Origin: an uncultured Desulfatitalea sp.
GTDB lineage: Bacteria > Desulfobacterota > Desulfobacteria > Desulfobacterales > Desulfosarcinaceae
Assembly: GCA_963668675.2 (NCBI GenBank)
Contig: CAXXMB010000001.1
Coordinates: 512,001 to 576,000, forward strand
Reading direction: 5' to 3'
Length of the DNA stretch: 64,000 nt
Below the pieces are notes generated by a model. That model did not search any database, was not told the DNA's origin, and saw nothing but the letters and a program-made list of their open reading frames with translations. How positions within the stretch are numbered: position 1 is the stretch's first letter; each line of letters opens with the position of its first letter. Both the position numbers and the translations under genes were made by a program. This document shows positions 43,086 through 54,601 of the stretch, in pieces.

Positions 43086-43832
43086 CTACGCGTCGTAGGG
43101 GCGGGGTTTATCCCCGCCCGTTTTTTTAAAGTGTTTGATAATTTTGGGGATGAAGAAGGAGAAGATGAACAGGGCGATGGAGAAAAAGACTTTGAATGAG
43201 ATGAGCTCTGTGTAGTTGCCTGACGCGATGACCTCTTTGACGGTGCCGATGAAGAAGGTGAAGATGAAGGTGCCGACGATGATGCCCAAACCGGTTCCCC
43301 AGACGTAGTCCGTGAATTTTACTTTGGTCAATCCCATGCCGAAGTTCATGGGGGTGAAGGGGAAGTAGACCAGACGCAGATAGAGTACGGTTGCAAATCC
43401 GTTGCGCTCGATGGCGTCGTCATACTTTTTGAGGCGGTCGCCGACGAGTCCGGCGGCAAACTCGCGGCCGAGGGTGCGTCCGATGATGAATGCACAGCTG
43501 GCGCCGATCATGGCGCCGATCCATACGTAGAGAAATCCCCAATAGGGCCCGAAGATCGCAGCGCCCAGGCCGGTCAACAGGGTGCCGGGTATAAACAGGC
43601 AAACGCCGGCAGCATAGATCATAATGTATGCGATGGGAGCCCATATTCCGGCCTGCTTGAGGAAATCACCCAAAAATTGAGCGCTAAAAAATGCTTTGAT
43701 CGGTGTGAATCGTACAACGACAATGGCGGCTGCAATAAAGAGTACAAAGATCGTCACTTTAACGATGGACTTGGATCGATTTTGGGCTTGGGTTGAAGCT
43801 TGGGTGGGCGCTTGGGGGGCAGTATCATTCAT
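43086..43832 (-). CDS. TVP38/TMEM64 (DedA/VTT) membrane protein
   Basis: PG..L....A.FG, LRLVYFPF...NF..GLT; the last residues are encoded by a REP copy. Confidence 0.85.
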   Translation of the reverse strand: MNDTAPQAPTQASTQAQNRSKSIVKVTIFVLFIAAAIVVVRFTPIKAFFSAQFLGDFLKQAGIWAPIAYIMIYAAGVCLFIPGTLLTGLGAAIFGPYWGFLYVWIGAMIGASCAFIIGRTLGREFAAGLVGDRLKKYDDAIERNGFATVLYLRLVYFPFTPMNFGMGLTKVKFTDYVWGTGLGIIVGTFIFTFFIGTVKEVIASGNYTELISFKVFFSIALFIFSFFIPKIIKHFKKTGGDKPRPYDA

Positions 43833-45294
43833 GTTCGTTCTCCGGTAAGGTGCAGGCGCGTCCCTTTAGATTGAAGAAGAACTTCAATCCTTTTTGCATT
43901 TTTTCAGAAAAAATTTTGGGGGCAAACAGGGCGCCGGTGACTCTCTTGCTGATCTCGCCGATGGTGGGGTAGGGGTGAACCGCTGCGGCAAGTGTTGACA
44001 ACTTCACCTTTCCGTTCAGTGCCGCCACCCATTCACCGATCAATTCTCCGGCGTGCAGTCCCAATATCTGAACGCCCAATGGTTTTTCGCGCTTGTCGAG
44101 GACCAGCTTGATGCGGCCGGCGGTCTGTCCCTCGGCCAGGCTGCGGTCGTTGGATTCGAAGGGTTCGGTCCAGATGGTGGTTTCGATACCTGCCTGTTGG
44201 GCCATTCGTTCGTTCATGCCGATGCTGGCCAACTCCGGGTCGGTGTAGGTGCACCAGGGCAGGAAGGTGTAGTCCGCTTTGCGGGGCAGGTGAAAGATGG
44301 CGTTGCTGATGACGATGCTGCCTTCATACCCGGCGGCGTGGGTGAACTGATATCCGCCGTTGACGTCTCCGGCGGCGTAGATGTGCTTTTGGGTGGTGCG
44401 CATGCGCGGGTCGACGACGATGCCGGTGGGCTGGGTGCCGACACCGATCTGGTCGAGATTCAGGTCGTCGATATTGGGTGCGCGTCCCATGGCAACCAGG
44501 AGGGCATCTGCGGTCAGATGGACGGTTTCGCCTTTATGATCTTTAAGGGTCACCTCTTTCCGGCTGCCCTTTTGAGCGACCGATTCGATGGTGGCATTGA
44601 GTTGGAATTCTACACCTTCCGAGGTCAATACGGCCATGGCTTCATCGGCCATCTCTTTGTCTTCTTTGCCCAGGATTTGATCGGCGCGGTCTATCACGGT
44701 GATGTTGCTTCCGAGGCGGTTGAAGGCCTGTGCCATTTCGATGCCGATGGGGCCGGCTCCCAGGATGATCATGGTGGCCGGCAACTGGTCCAGATAGAAG
44801 ATCTCCCTGTTCGTGAGGTAGGAGGTGGCTTCAAGGCCGGGTATGGGCGGTGCAATGGGGGACGAGCCGGTGGCGATGACCCAGTTTTTGGCTGTGAAAA
44901 CCTTGCTTCCCATGCGGATGGTGTGCTCGTCTGTAAACCGGGCCTCTCCGAACTCGACCTGAACGCCCAGGCCACAGAAGCGCTCTTGTGAATCGTGCTT
45001 TTGAATGGTTGCGACCACGGCGCGGATGCGGTCGCTGACAGCCTTGAAATCGACGGGCGGTATCTCTATGGACGGCAGACCATAGTGCGCCGCATGCTTC
45101 ATCTGGTGGTAGACATGGGCGCTTTTGATGAGGGTCTTGCTGGGGACGCATCCGAAATGGAGACAATCGCCTCCCAGTGCCTGCTCTTTTTCTACCAGTA
45201 GTGTCTTGGCGCCGAGTTGGGCGGCTCCTGAGGCCACGGTCAAGCCGGCTGCACCACCGCCGATGATGCCGATGTCATAATCGAAAGTGCTCAT
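43825..45294 (-). CDS. Pyridine nucleotide-disulfide oxidoreductase (dihydrolipoamide dehydrogenase/mercuric reductase-like)
   Basis: GGGAAG, GGDCLHFGCVPSK, GAGPIG.E, HPYPT. Confidence 0.9.
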   Translation of the reverse strand: MSTFDYDIGIIGGGAAGLTVASGAAQLGAKTLLVEKEQALGGDCLHFGCVPSKTLIKSAHVYHQMKHAAHYGLPSIEIPPVDFKAVSDRIRAVVATIQKHDSQERFCGLGVQVEFGEARFTDEHTIRMGSKVFTAKNWVIATGSSPIAPPIPGLEATSYLTNREIFYLDQLPATMIILGAGPIGIEMAQAFNRLGSNITVIDRADQILGKEDKEMADEAMAVLTSEGVEFQLNATIESVAQKGSRKEVTLKDHKGETVHLTADALLVAMGRAPNIDDLNLDQIGVGTQPTGIVVDPRMRTTQKHIYAAGDVNGGYQFTHAAGYEGSIVISNAIFHLPRKADYTFLPWCTYTDPELASIGMNERMAQQAGIETTIWTEPFESNDRSLAEGQTAGRIKLVLDKREKPLGVQILGLHAGELIGEWVAALNGKVKLSTLAAAVHPYPTIGEISKRVTGALFAPKIFSEKMQKGLKFFFNLKGRACTLPENEHE

Positions 45295-45306
45295 TGAGTA
45301 CCTCTG

Positions 45307-46089
45307 CTATTTGCCGTTCAGTGACCAGTCGTAGTCCAGGTATTTTATCTCCACTTTGGACGAATATTTTTTAAGTTCCTGCTTAAAATCGTCTTTGGCA
45401 TATTTTAGGAAAAAATTGAGGATGCCATCCTTAAAGTCTTCCGCATACCATTTGAAAATTCGGCTGACGTACAAGGTGTCATCTCGGATATAGTTGCTTT
45501 TGGGATTGTTGATGAACGCCGCGGTCACCTGGTCGAGTTGGTCTTCCAGGCGATTGCCCGTATAGGGCTCACCCAATAAGGGCGGGCAGCTTTTCGAGGC
45601 GCAGTTGACGGCAAAGTGGATACGGGGGTCTTGATACTGCGGCCGCAGCAGATCGTGTTCGATGTGATCCAAGCTCACTTTTTTATTTTCGAGCACGACG
45701 ATTTTTTTGTCCCAGGGAGAGGAGAAGAGGCTTCCCGTATCTTTTATGGATTTGATGTCAGGATAGCGCGTCAGGATCAACTTGATGGTCCATGCGTTAT
45801 ACAGGTTAATGTAGAATGCCATTCGTTCCACTGGAGTTAGGTTCTCCGGGGAGATGTTCCCCAATTGCGATAGATATTGGTCTAACCGGGCTTCATTTTC
45901 TTTAAAGCCATTGTAATCAACCACGCCGTTGGCTACATTGCCCGCCAAAAGGTCTGCGTAGACGGTATGATCAATCGATGATTGCGCAATAACAGTGTAA
46001 GGTGCAGTAAGAAGCAGCAACGTTGCTGTGGTGAAAAGCAGCCTCCCTAATAAGCATCTCATCATCGATCTTTTCCTTTTTTGCGTCAC
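45307..46089 (-). CDS. DUF547 domain exported protein
   Basis: AFYINLYNA, DPRIHFAVNCASKSCP, S.IFKWY..DF, YDWSLN. Confidence 0.9.
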   Translation of the reverse strand: MTQKRKRSMMRCLLGRLLFTTATLLLLTAPYTVIAQSSIDHTVYADLLAGNVANGVVDYNGFKENEARLDQYLSQLGNISPENLTPVERMAFYINLYNAWTIKLILTRYPDIKSIKDTGSLFSSPWDKKIVVLENKKVSLDHIEHDLLRPQYQDPRIHFAVNCASKSCPPLLGEPYTGNRLEDQLDQVTAAFINNPKSNYIRDDTLYVSRIFKWYAEDFKDGILNFFLKYAKDDFKQELKKYSSKVEIKYLDYDWSLNGK

Positions 46090-46382
46090 TATCTATTTCA
46101 CTACAATGCCCACGGATGGCAAAGATGGCTGTGTATACAAACGACCCTCAACTCCTTGATGTTTCGCTGTTTGGTCGCCTCAACGCCTCGTTCCTTACGA
46201 CAACCTATCGGAGATACACCAATTAGCGCCATCGTATATCGACGTTCAATAAACTTAGGTCGGCTAAAGTCGTTGTGCAACCGTTTGAATAAAATGGAGT
46301 GAATTTCATCCGGTTTTTCAATTAGCGTTGCATACGCTGGCATGATATAAGGTGTTGAAATTCAATAGGTGAGGCAAAAAAA

Positions 46383-46480
46383 TGGCGGAAGTGCATGGGA
46401 ATCGAACCCACCCGGGACGGTTTTAGCGCCCCACACCGGATTTGAAGTCCGGGAGCCCCACCAGTGAGCTGTCCACTTCC
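46383..46480 (-). tRNA. selC: tRNA-Sec (anticodon UCA)
   Basis: GGAAGTG...GGACTTCAAATCC, long variable arm, GGTTCGATTCC, CACTTCCGCCA. Confidence 0.93.
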
Positions 46481-46641
46481 GCAGGTGGTTTGAGCGGTAT
46501 TTTAACGATGCGAAATAAATTGTCAACCGCTAAAGGCAAAGGTGGATGATGCTGCCAATGGTTGGAAGTGATGGAGCGGTCAGCGACGCTGCTCTTGGAG
46601 ATCATACGCTTATACAGCGAAGAGAAGGAGTTTCACCTGGC

Positions 46642-47829
46642 ATGAGATTGGCTTATTTCGACTGTTTTTCCGGCATCAGTGGCGACATGACGTTGGGCGC
46701 TTTGGTTCACTTGGGGGTGCCGGTCGATTGGTTGCGGGATCGGTTGCGGGTGTTGCCGTTGAAGGACTTTGACCTTCGATCCCGGGTGGTTGCACGGCAT
46801 GGCATCACTGCCGTTCAGGTCGAGGTGATATCGATGGAGACGCATCACCACAGGGATTTTCAGCATATCCAGGCACTCATCGGGAACAGTTCTCTTTCAG
46901 ACGGCGTGAAGGCAAAGAGTTTGGCCATATTCGATCGCATTGCCGAAGCCGAAGCCAAAATCCATGGGTGCGACAAGGAGAAGGTCCATTTTCATGAGGT
47001 GGGCGGCGTCGATGCCATCGTGGATATCGTTGGCTCCTGTTTGGGGTTGGAGCGGTTGGGGATAGATGGGGTGGCCGCATCCGCCTTGCCCACGGGGGGG
47101 GGCTTCGTGCGCTGCGCCCATGGTGTGCTGCCGGTTCCGGCACCGGCAACGCTTGAAATCCTGAAGGGGTTGCCCATGTATGGCAATGGCATTGAGAAGG
47201 AGTTGGTGACGCCCACGGGAGCGGCCATCCTTGCCGCCACCGCCAAAAGCTTTGGGCCGGTTCCGCCGATGACGATAGAGCAGATCGGTTACGGGGCGGG
47301 CACCCTCGAACTGGAACATCAACCCAACCTGCTGCGGGTGTTGTTGGGGACGCTGGTCAATGCATGGCAAGTGGACGGATCGCAACGACTGGTGATGGTC
47401 GAGACCAATATCGATGACATGAATCCGGAAATTTTCAGCTATGTGATGGAGCGCCTGTTCGAAGACGGCGCCCTGGATGTGTTTTGGGTGCCGGTCTATA
47501 TGAAAAAGAACCGGCCTGGCACCATGGTGCAGGTGTTGTGTGAGCCGTCACGCAAAGATGCCATTGTTCGGCGCATGTTGACGGAAACCTCGTCACTGGG
47601 GGTTCGATTCCATGAGGTCTATCGCACTGCGTTGGAGCGGGAGGCGGTTACGTTGGAATCGCCTTTCGGAAAAATCGAGGCCAAAAAAATAAAGGGTTTG
47701 GAGGATGGTGATCGTATCGTTCCCGAATATGAGGTCTGCAAACGGATCGCCATTGAAAAGGGGCTGCCGCTCCAGAAGGTATACGCTGCCATTTTGAAAA
47801 GAGGGGTCATATCGGACGAAAAGGCTTAA
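46642..47829 (+). CDS. larC: Nickel pincer cofactor biosynthesis protein LarC
   Basis: YFDCFSGISGDM, HFHEVG..DAIVDI, ELVTPTGAA, ETNIDD, MKKNRPG, PEYE.C. Confidence 0.92.
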   Translation: MRLAYFDCFSGISGDMTLGALVHLGVPVDWLRDRLRVLPLKDFDLRSRVVARHGITAVQVEVISMETHHHRDFQHIQALIGNSSLSDGVKAKSLAIFDRIAEAEAKIHGCDKEKVHFHEVGGVDAIVDIVGSCLGLERLGIDGVAASALPTGGGFVRCAHGVLPVPAPATLEILKGLPMYGNGIEKELVTPTGAAILAATAKSFGPVPPMTIEQIGYGAGTLELEHQPNLLRVLLGTLVNAWQVDGSQRLVMVETNIDDMNPEIFSYVMERLFEDGALDVFWVPVYMKKNRPGTMVQVLCEPSRKDAIVRRMLTETSSLGVRFHEVYRTALEREAVTLESPFGKIEAKKIKGLEDGDRIVPEYEVCKRIAIEKGLPLQKVYAAILKRGVISDEKA

Positions 47830-48016
47830 GGGATCGTTTTTTTCTTTTTCGATCAAGTGCTTGCCATCACATGTTGCAACTTGCAAAAGAGCACTGCCTG
47901 TTTTTTAGGAGGGGAGATGAGACAACACCCTGTAACCGTTCAAAAGTCGTGTGGTTGCGCCTAGTTGCCACGAACAACGCCTTGACAAAGTTCAAGGCAA
48001 CATATAGAAGCGGGCC

Positions 48017-48478
48017 ATGCTTTCCAGACGCCACGTGGTGATTTTTTTGGCGACCGGCGGATACGTCGGACGCATACCGATGGCGCCCGGTACGTTCGGA
48101 TCTCTCATCGGCCTTCCTGTGGCGTATGCCCTATCGAAAATGAGTTGGCCATGGGCGGCTGCAGTCGTCATCCTTTTGACCGCTTTAGCTGTGTGGAGTG
48201 CCGGTGAGGCTGCGCGTCAGCTTGGCGTCAAAGACCCGGGGAGCATCGTCATCGATGAGATTGCCGGCATGGCAGTGGCCCTTTTGGGCTTGCCTTTCAA
48301 CATTGCGACGGTGGTAGCGGGTTTTGCGCTCTTCAGGATTTTCGACATTGCCAAACCGCCTCCCGTGCGACAACTCGACCGAAACATCGGTGGCGGATGG
48401 GGCATTGTGCTGGATGATATCGCGGCCGGTATCATGGCGAACATTGTCTTGAGAGCCGGATTGCTTATAATGAGCTGA
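48017..48478 (+). CDS. pgpA: Phosphatidylglycerophosphatase A
   Basis: APGTFGS, DPG.IVIDE, FR.FDI.KP, LDD..AG. Confidence 0.92.
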   Translation: MLSRRHVVIFLATGGYVGRIPMAPGTFGSLIGLPVAYALSKMSWPWAAAVVILLTALAVWSAGEAARQLGVKDPGSIVIDEIAGMAVALLGLPFNIATVVAGFALFRIFDIAKPPPVRQLDRNIGGGWGIVLDDIAAGIMANIVLRAGLLIMS

Positions 48479-48545
48479 TGTTTGACTGAAATTTAACACC
48501 TTCCGCACAGCGGAATCTGGGATTGCAACGAGGTAGAGAAGCGAT

Positions 48546-49193
48546 TTGAAAAATGACCCGAACAAGGAACCCGCTCCGTCGTCCAAGCCTGGCAAAGGCA
48601 AACTTCGTGAAAATGTCGAGGCACTTGTCATTGCCATTCTTCTGGCGTTGTTCATTCGCACCTTTGTGGTGCAGGCGTTCAAGATTCCCTCGGGTTCCAT
48701 GAAAAACACGCTGCTGATCGGTGACTACATCCTGGTCAATAAATTCATCTACGGCGTCAAGATACCCTTTACCGACATCACCATGATCCCCATCTCAGAG
48801 CCTGATCGCGGTGATATCGTCGTTTTCAAGTACCCTGACGATCCGAGCAAGGACTTTATCAAGCGCGTCGTTGCAGTGGGCGGCGAAACCGTAGAGATAG
48901 CGAATAAGCAGGTGTACGTGGATGGTGAACTTCAGAAAAATCCATTTGCCATCCATGTCGATCCGCGGATTATCCCAAAGGCGTACCAGCCCAGGGACTA
49001 TTTTGGCCCGGTAACCGTGCCCGAGGGCAAGCTGTTCGTCATGGGTGACAATCGGGACGAGAGCAACGACAGCCGCTTCTGGGGCTTCGTGGACGAGTCG
49101 GCATTGCGGGGAAAGGCGTTCATGATCTACTGGTCATGGGACAAACAGGATTTTAATGTGCGTTGGAAAAGGCTGACCAATATTATCCACTGA
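48546..49193 (+). CDS. lepB: Signal peptidase I
   Basis: IPSGSM, FIKRVV, GDNR..S.DSRFWG. Confidence 0.95.
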   Translation: MKNDPNKEPAPSSKPGKGKLRENVEALVIAILLALFIRTFVVQAFKIPSGSMKNTLLIGDYILVNKFIYGVKIPFTDITMIPISEPDRGDIVVFKYPDDPSKDFIKRVVAVGGETVEIANKQVYVDGELQKNPFAIHVDPRIIPKAYQPRDYFGPVTVPEGKLFVMGDNRDESNDSRFWGFVDESALRGKAFMIYWSWDKQDFNVRWKRLTNIIH

Positions 49194-49264
49194 CGCCGGA
49201 TCAGCATCGCGCCGCAACCGATTCATCCGCTTCGTCAACGCAACCTTCTCAGCGTAGGATGGCC

Positions 49265-50203
49265 ATGCCGCTGGAAAGAAAAGACATCCTCGATATTGCA
49301 TCGCTTTCACAGCAGGAGATCCAACTGATCCTGGATACTGCTGACAGCATGAAAGAGATTTCCGAAAGGCCCATCAAAAAGGTTCCCACCTTAAGGGGCA
49401 AGACCGTCATACTCTTTTTCTACGAGCCCAGCACCCGCACCCGCATGTCGTTCGATCTGGCCGCCAAGCGTTTGAGCGCGGACAGCCTCTCGATATCTGC
49501 CAGTGTGAGCAGTCTGGTCAAAGGCGAAACCCTGCTCGACACGGCCCGCACCCTGGAGGCGATGCATCCCGATGTGGTGGTGTTGCGCCATGCCTATTCG
49601 GGCGCGCCCCAGTTCCTGGCCGGTCGCCTCAAGGCATCGGTGATCAATGCCGGAGACGGTACCCACGCCCATCCCAGCCAGGCGCTGTTGGATATGTTGA
49701 CGGTGCGTCAGGTAAAAGGGACATTGGAAGGCCTTAACGTGGCCATTGTGGGCGATATCGCCCACAGCCGGGTGGCGCGCTCCAATATCGAAGGGTTCAC
49801 CAAAATGGGCTCCCAAGTGGTGGTGGCAGGACCGCCCACCATGATGCCCAGGGGTATCGAAACCCTCGGCGCCAAGGTGGCCGCGACCATAGAGGATGCC
49901 GTCGAGGGCGCCGATGTGGTGATGATGCTGCGCATACAGAAAGAGCGCCAGAAGCGATTTGCCATGGCCACCGAGCGTGAATACGCCTGTCAGTACGGGT
50001 TGAATCGGAAGCGTATTTCCCTGGCAAAGCCGGATGCGGTGATCCTGCACCCCGGCCCGATCAACCGGGGGGTGGAGATTGCACCGGATGTGGCCGACGG
50101 ACCCCGTTCTTTGATTCTGGACCAAGTGACCAATGGGGTGGCTGTGCGCATGGCACTCCTTTTTATGGTGTTAGGAGGCAGTCGGAATGCCAATTCTGAT
50201 TAG
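49265..50203 (+). CDS. pyrB: Aspartate carbamoyltransferase catalytic subunit
   Basis: [24 protein letters not shown]. Confidence 0.95.
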   Translation: MPLERKDILDIASLSQQEIQLILDTADSMKEISERPIKKVPTLRGKTVILFFYEPSTRTRMSFDLAAKRLSADSLSISASVSSLVKGETLLDTARTLEAMHPDVVVLRHAYSGAPQFLAGRLKASVINAGDGTHAHPSQALLDMLTVRQVKGTLEGLNVAIVGDIAHSRVARSNIEGFTKMGSQVVVAGPPTMMPRGIETLGAKVAATIEDAVEGADVVMMLRIQKERQKRFAMATEREYACQYGLNRKRISLAKPDAVILHPGPINRGVEIAPDVADGPRSLILDQVTNGVAVRMALLFMVLGGSRNANSD

Positions 50204-51485
50204 AGGCGCCCGGGTCATCGATCCGGGCAACCTGGACCAGGTCAGCGATGTGCTGATCTCAAAAGGTGTTATCGAAGCCGTTCAGCCGGCCGGTACAATA
50301 GAGGTCACAGGTCCCGACGTGGAGGCGATCGATGGCAATGGCTTATGGCTCACTCCGGGCTTGATCGACATGCACGTCCACTTCCGCGAACCGGGCCAGG
50401 AGCATAAGGAGACCATCCTAACGGGCAGCCGGGCAGCCGCCGCCGGCGGCTTCACGGCCGTGGTCACCATGCCCAACACAGAACCGGTGAATGACGATCC
50501 GGCCATTACGGCCCTTATGCTCGACAAGGCCGCCGAGGCGGGTCTTGTGAGGCTCTATCCGGTGGCTGCCATCAGCAAGGGGATCAAGGGCGAGCAACTA
50601 TGCGAGTTTGGAGAGCTTAAAGCGGCCGGGGCGATCGGGGTGAGCGATGACGGCCGGCCTGTGATGAACGGTCAGCTGATGCGACGCGCGCTGGAGTATG
50701 CCGCCGCATTCAACCTTCTGGTCATCTCCCACTGTGAAGACCTCCATCTGGCCGAAGGCGGCGCCATGAACGAAGGTGCCAATGCGACCCGCATGGGCCT
50801 GGGCGGGATCCCCAATGCGTCGGAGAGCGTCATGGTGATGCGCGACATCGCCCTGGCCCAGCTGACCGGGGCCCGAGTGCACATTGCCCATGTGAGCACG
50901 CGTGAATCGGTGGCCGCCATTCGGAAGGCCAAGGAGGAGGGGGTGCCGGTGACCGCAGAAACAGCGCCCCACTACTTTACGCTCACAGACGCGGCCGTGG
51001 ATGGATACAACACGAACGCCAAGATGAATCCGCCTTTGAGATCGGAGCAGGATCGCCAGGCGATACGCCAGGGTTTGGCCGATGGCACATTGGATGTCAT
51101 CGCCACGGACCATGCACCGCACTCCGTGCTGGAGAAAGAGGTGGAGTTTGACCTTGCAGCCAACGGTATCGTTGGGTTGGAGACCTCCCTTCCGCTCGGC
51201 TTAAAGCTGGTCGAAGAGGGGGTGTTGTCCATAGAGGCGCTCATTGAGAAAATGGCCGCTGGTCCGGCCCGGATTCTGGGGCTTGAATGCGGTGTGCGTG
51301 TTGGCATGACTGCCGATTTGACCCTCATTGACCCGGCAGAGGAGTACGCCGTCAATGCCGCTGATTTCAAATCCAAAAGCCGCAACACTCCTTTTGAGGG
51401 GATGCAGCTCAAAGGCCGGGCCGTGATGACCATGGTGGGCGGAAAAGTGGTATATAATAGGAAGGAAGACGAATTACACTCCTAA
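50187..51485 (+). CDS. pyrC: Dihydroorotase
   Basis: [28 protein letters not shown]. Confidence 0.95.
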   Translation: MPILIRGARVIDPGNLDQVSDVLISKGVIEAVQPAGTIEVTGPDVEAIDGNGLWLTPGLIDMHVHFREPGQEHKETILTGSRAAAAGGFTAVVTMPNTEPVNDDPAITALMLDKAAEAGLVRLYPVAAISKGIKGEQLCEFGELKAAGAIGVSDDGRPVMNGQLMRRALEYAAAFNLLVISHCEDLHLAEGGAMNEGANATRMGLGGIPNASESVMVMRDIALAQLTGARVHIAHVSTRESVAAIRKAKEEGVPVTAETAPHYFTLTDAAVDGYNTNAKMNPPLRSEQDRQAIRQGLADGTLDVIATDHAPHSVLEKEVEFDLAANGIVGLETSLPLGLKLVEEGVLSIEALIEKMAAGPARILGLECGVRVGMTADLTLIDPAEEYAVNAADFKSKSRNTPFEGMQLKGRAVMTMVGGKVVYNRKEDELHS

Positions 51486-51516
51486 TTATATAAGCCAAAG
51501 TAGCTTTCCCTTTGCC

Positions 51517-51626
51517 GTCATGCCGGCGAAGGCCGGCATCCAGAAGCGGTTTGAAAGACTGGATCCCGGCTTCCGCCGGGATGACGTGAAAAAGGCCGGG
51601 ATGGCGCAAAAAATTGTCGGGATGAC
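51517..51626. repeat. REP pair
   Basis: gtcatgccggcgaaggccggcatcc...ggatcccggcttccgccgggatgac. Confidence 0.8.
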
Positions 51627-51751
51627 GCAAAGAGAGTCGGAATCTTACAAACGTTGCGGGTTGCTCAGTTATCAGGGTAAGCAACGACCGGCGTGCGCTC
51701 GGAAGCGATCCTTAACTTAAAACCTCAATCTAAACACTTACACTATCTCCT

Positions 51752-53149
51752 ATGAATCCATCCGAAGCCCATCTGCTGATTGTCGACGACGAGCGGAGCA
51801 TGCGCGAACTGCTCGAGTACATGCTCTCCAAGGAAGGCTACAACATCGATCTGGCCGAAAACGGGCGCAAGGCCGTGGAAGCGATCCAGGCAAAAGATTA
51901 CGACCTGGTGCTCAGCGACATCAAACTGGGCGATCTGACCGGTCTGGATGTGCTGCGCGCCGCCAAGCAGAAGAACCCCAATATCGTCGTTATCATGATT
52001 TCGGCCTTTGCCAGCACCGAAACAGCTGTCGAAGCGATGAACGATGGGGCCTATGACTACGTGCCCAAGCCCTTCGACAATGACGAGCTGAAGGAGACCA
52101 TCTCCAATGCCCTGGAGCGCAAGACCCTGGACGCCGAACGCCAGGTCATGGAGGACGAGCTTAAAAGCACCGTTCATTTCGACCGAATCGTAGGCAGCAG
52201 CCCCCGCATGCTGCACATCTACCAGATGGTGCGGCAGGTGGCCAAGACGCGCACCAATGTACTGATTACCGGTGAAAGCGGCACAGGAAAAGAGCTCATC
52301 GCCCGCGCCATCCACGACAACAGCGAGCGCGCTGACCAACCCTTTATCCCGGTCAACTGCGGCGGCATCCCCGAAACCTTGGTGGAGAGCGAGTTTTTCG
52401 GGCACAAAAAGGGCGCCTTCACAGGTGCCAGTCAGGACAAGATGGGCCTTCTGGAGGCCGCCCATGGCGGCACCATCTTTCTGGACGAAGTGGGCGAACT
52501 GAGCATGACCATGCAGGTCAAGCTGCTGCGCGCCGTTCAGGAACGGTCATTTCGCGCCGTGGGCGGCACCCGTGACATCAGTGTGGACATCCGCATCATC
52601 TCGGCCACCAACAAACAGCTCGAGGACGAAGTGATCGAAGGGCGCTTTCGTGAAGACCTGTTTTATAGGCTCAACGTCATCGAAATCAAGGTGCCCGCAC
52701 TGCGCGAGCGCAAAGGCGACCTCAGGATCCTAACCCAGCACTTCATCGAAAAGTTCAGCAAGGAGATGGGCAAAGAGGTGACCAAGGTCTCCTCCTATGC
52801 CATTGATCTGCTTAAAAAATACAACTTCCCGGGCAACGTGCGCGAACTGGAAAACCTCATCGAACGCTCGGTGGCCCTTTCCAGCACCAATATCCTGCTG
52901 CCCGACAGCCTCGCCATGTCCATCCACAAACGCCGTTGGATTGAAGGGGTCCAAAACAAGCGTTTCGACCTCGACGAGGTGCCCCACGGCGTGGCGCTTG
53001 ACAATATTTTGGCGGATATCGAACAAGCCTACCTGAAAAAAGCCCTGGAGTGCACCGGCGGCAACAAAAACAAAGCCGCCGAACTGCTGGGCATCACCTT
53101 CCGCTCCTTCCGTTACCGGCTGGACAAGCTCAATCTCGATTCGGATTAG
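51752..53149 (+). CDS. pilR: sigma54-dependent response regulator (PilR-like)
   Basis: REC domain, GESGTGKE, GAFTGA, Fis-type HTH; directly upstream of a pilin gene. Confidence 0.8.
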   Translation: MNPSEAHLLIVDDERSMRELLEYMLSKEGYNIDLAENGRKAVEAIQAKDYDLVLSDIKLGDLTGLDVLRAAKQKNPNIVVIMISAFASTETAVEAMNDGAYDYVPKPFDNDELKETISNALERKTLDAERQVMEDELKSTVHFDRIVGSSPRMLHIYQMVRQVAKTRTNVLITGESGTGKELIARAIHDNSERADQPFIPVNCGGIPETLVESEFFGHKKGAFTGASQDKMGLLEAAHGGTIFLDEVGELSMTMQVKLLRAVQERSFRAVGGTRDISVDIRIISATNKQLEDEVIEGRFREDLFYRLNVIEIKVPALRERKGDLRILTQHFIEKFSKEMGKEVTKVSSYAIDLLKKYNFPGNVRELENLIERSVALSSTNILLPDSLAMSIHKRRWIEGVQNKRFDLDEVPHGVALDNILADIEQAYLKKALECTGGNKNKAAELLGITFRSFRYRLDKLNLDSD

Positions 53150-53376
53150 CCCGCGCCCCCCTACCGTCATGCCGGACCCGATCCGGCCTCCAGAACCCGT
53201 TGAACCGGTTGGAAATCGGCTTTTACCGGGATGATGGAAAAGGACGTCTTCGGACGTTATGCGAAGTCATCACGATTTTCGGGCTGTTTTAGCATGCCTC
53301 ATTTTTTTCGTTGGATAGACGATATTGAAGTGATGGGGGTTGATGTTCGTCAATCTGCTGACGCCCGAAAGAGAGA

Positions 53377-53391
53377 TGACGAAATTTGTCA
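53377..53391. promoter_or_regulatory. Candidate enhancer (PilR) palindrome
   Basis: TGAC-gaaattt-GTCA, about 130 bp upstream of the sigma54 site. Confidence 0.4.
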
Positions 53392-53520
53392 AACGACGCG
53401 CAATTTGTATGGGATGCAGGTTTATTGGTTTAAGCATAGCGATGGCGTGTTATGGGAAATAAGCTAATAAAAACAAAAAAAACAGTATGTTGTGTAAAAT
53501 AGAAAGTGTGCGTGGCAAAA

Positions 53521-53536
53521 TGGCATGCCGATTGCT
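53521..53536 (+). promoter_or_regulatory. sigma54 promoter of pilA
   Basis: TGGCAT-GCCGA-TTGCT. Confidence 0.8.
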
Positions 53537-53682
53537 TTAACCCATGGCAACAGTGATTGAGGCGCGAAGGAGGTGACACAGAGAGCGGCCCTGTGGAACA
53601 AAGCGCAAAAACAAAATTTATTATCAACCCCAAATCATTTTTTAATTCATTGTCCCACTAATTGACCAAAGGAGGATCACCC

Positions 53683-54288
53683 ATGTTTAAACGGAATCAA
53701 AAAGGTTTTACACTCATCGAACTTATGATCGTTATCGCTATCATCGGTATTCTGGCGGCCATCGCTATTCCCCAGTTCGCGGCTTATCGCATCCGCGGTT
53801 TCAACTCATCCGCCCAGAGTGATGTGCGTAACCTCACCACATCTCAAGCTGCGCTCTTTTCCGACTGGCAGATGTTCGGTCTGACCGATGCTGTGGCCCA
53901 AGCCAACCCGTTGGTCTTCAATGCTGCCGCCGGCGGTGGTCAAGGTGCACTTCTGATAGGCCCGACCGGTGCGGTCGGTAACTTTGTCCCCTGTATCGAA
54001 GTTACTGCGCAGGGCGGCAACCGCGGTCTCCAGATCCCATTGGGCAACAATGTGTTGATATATGACGACCTCGATGCTGCACATGCCTCTTTTACGGGTA
54101 CAGGAAAGCACACGCAGGGGAATGCCTACTATGGCGTCGATAGTGACGTGACGGCCGTCTATTTTGACGAATTTCCGGGCTCTGACGGAACCCAACTAGC
54201 ACTTGGCGATGGACCGGCCTCAGTTGTAGGCGCTGATGACTACCAGGGTGTCAACGGACCGAGTGGTAACCCCTGGGCTGTCCGTTAA
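53683..54288 (+). CDS. pilA: Type IVa major pilin
   Basis: QKG|FTLIELMIVIAIIGILAAIAIP; SD aggagg. Confidence 0.92.
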   Translation: MFKRNQKGFTLIELMIVIAIIGILAAIAIPQFAAYRIRGFNSSAQSDVRNLTTSQAALFSDWQMFGLTDAVAQANPLVFNAAAGGGQGALLIGPTGAVGNFVPCIEVTAQGGNRGLQIPLGNNVLIYDDLDAAHASFTGTGKHTQGNAYYGVDSDVTAVYFDEFPGSDGTQLALGDGPASVVGADDYQGVNGPSGNPWAVR

Positions 54289-54316
54289 TCATTCGATAGT
54301 TCAATCCAACAGATTC

Positions 54317-54350
54317 AAAAAGGCGCTGGTCGAAAGTCCAGCGCCTTTTT
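54317..54350 (+). terminator. Rho-independent terminator
   Basis: aaaaggcgctgg-tcgaaagt-ccagcgcctttttg. Confidence 0.85.
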
Positions 54351-54601
54351 GTTTGAATCATTTTCGCTAAATTTTTCCAGAGGATTCCCGAAGATAATTT
54401 TAAAAGGGGATCGAACTGCTTAGAGGCAGTCGATTCAGCATCCGGGTTAGAAGCTCTCATTGCTGGATTGCGGTGATTATGCTTTGCTATTGAAAATCTT
54501 GGCCGTTTTGGGCATACTTACTCCGATTCAATGCGCAGCAGCACCATGAACAGATCCAGGTCTGCCTGCATGCTAAAGTAAAAGCACAATCCAACAGAGG
54601 C

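Noticed and set aside
46383..46480. selC as an island integration site, or nearby selenoproteins
   Set aside because: No integrase or duplicated tRNA 3' end is visible, and no in-frame UGA readthrough is evident in adjacent genes.
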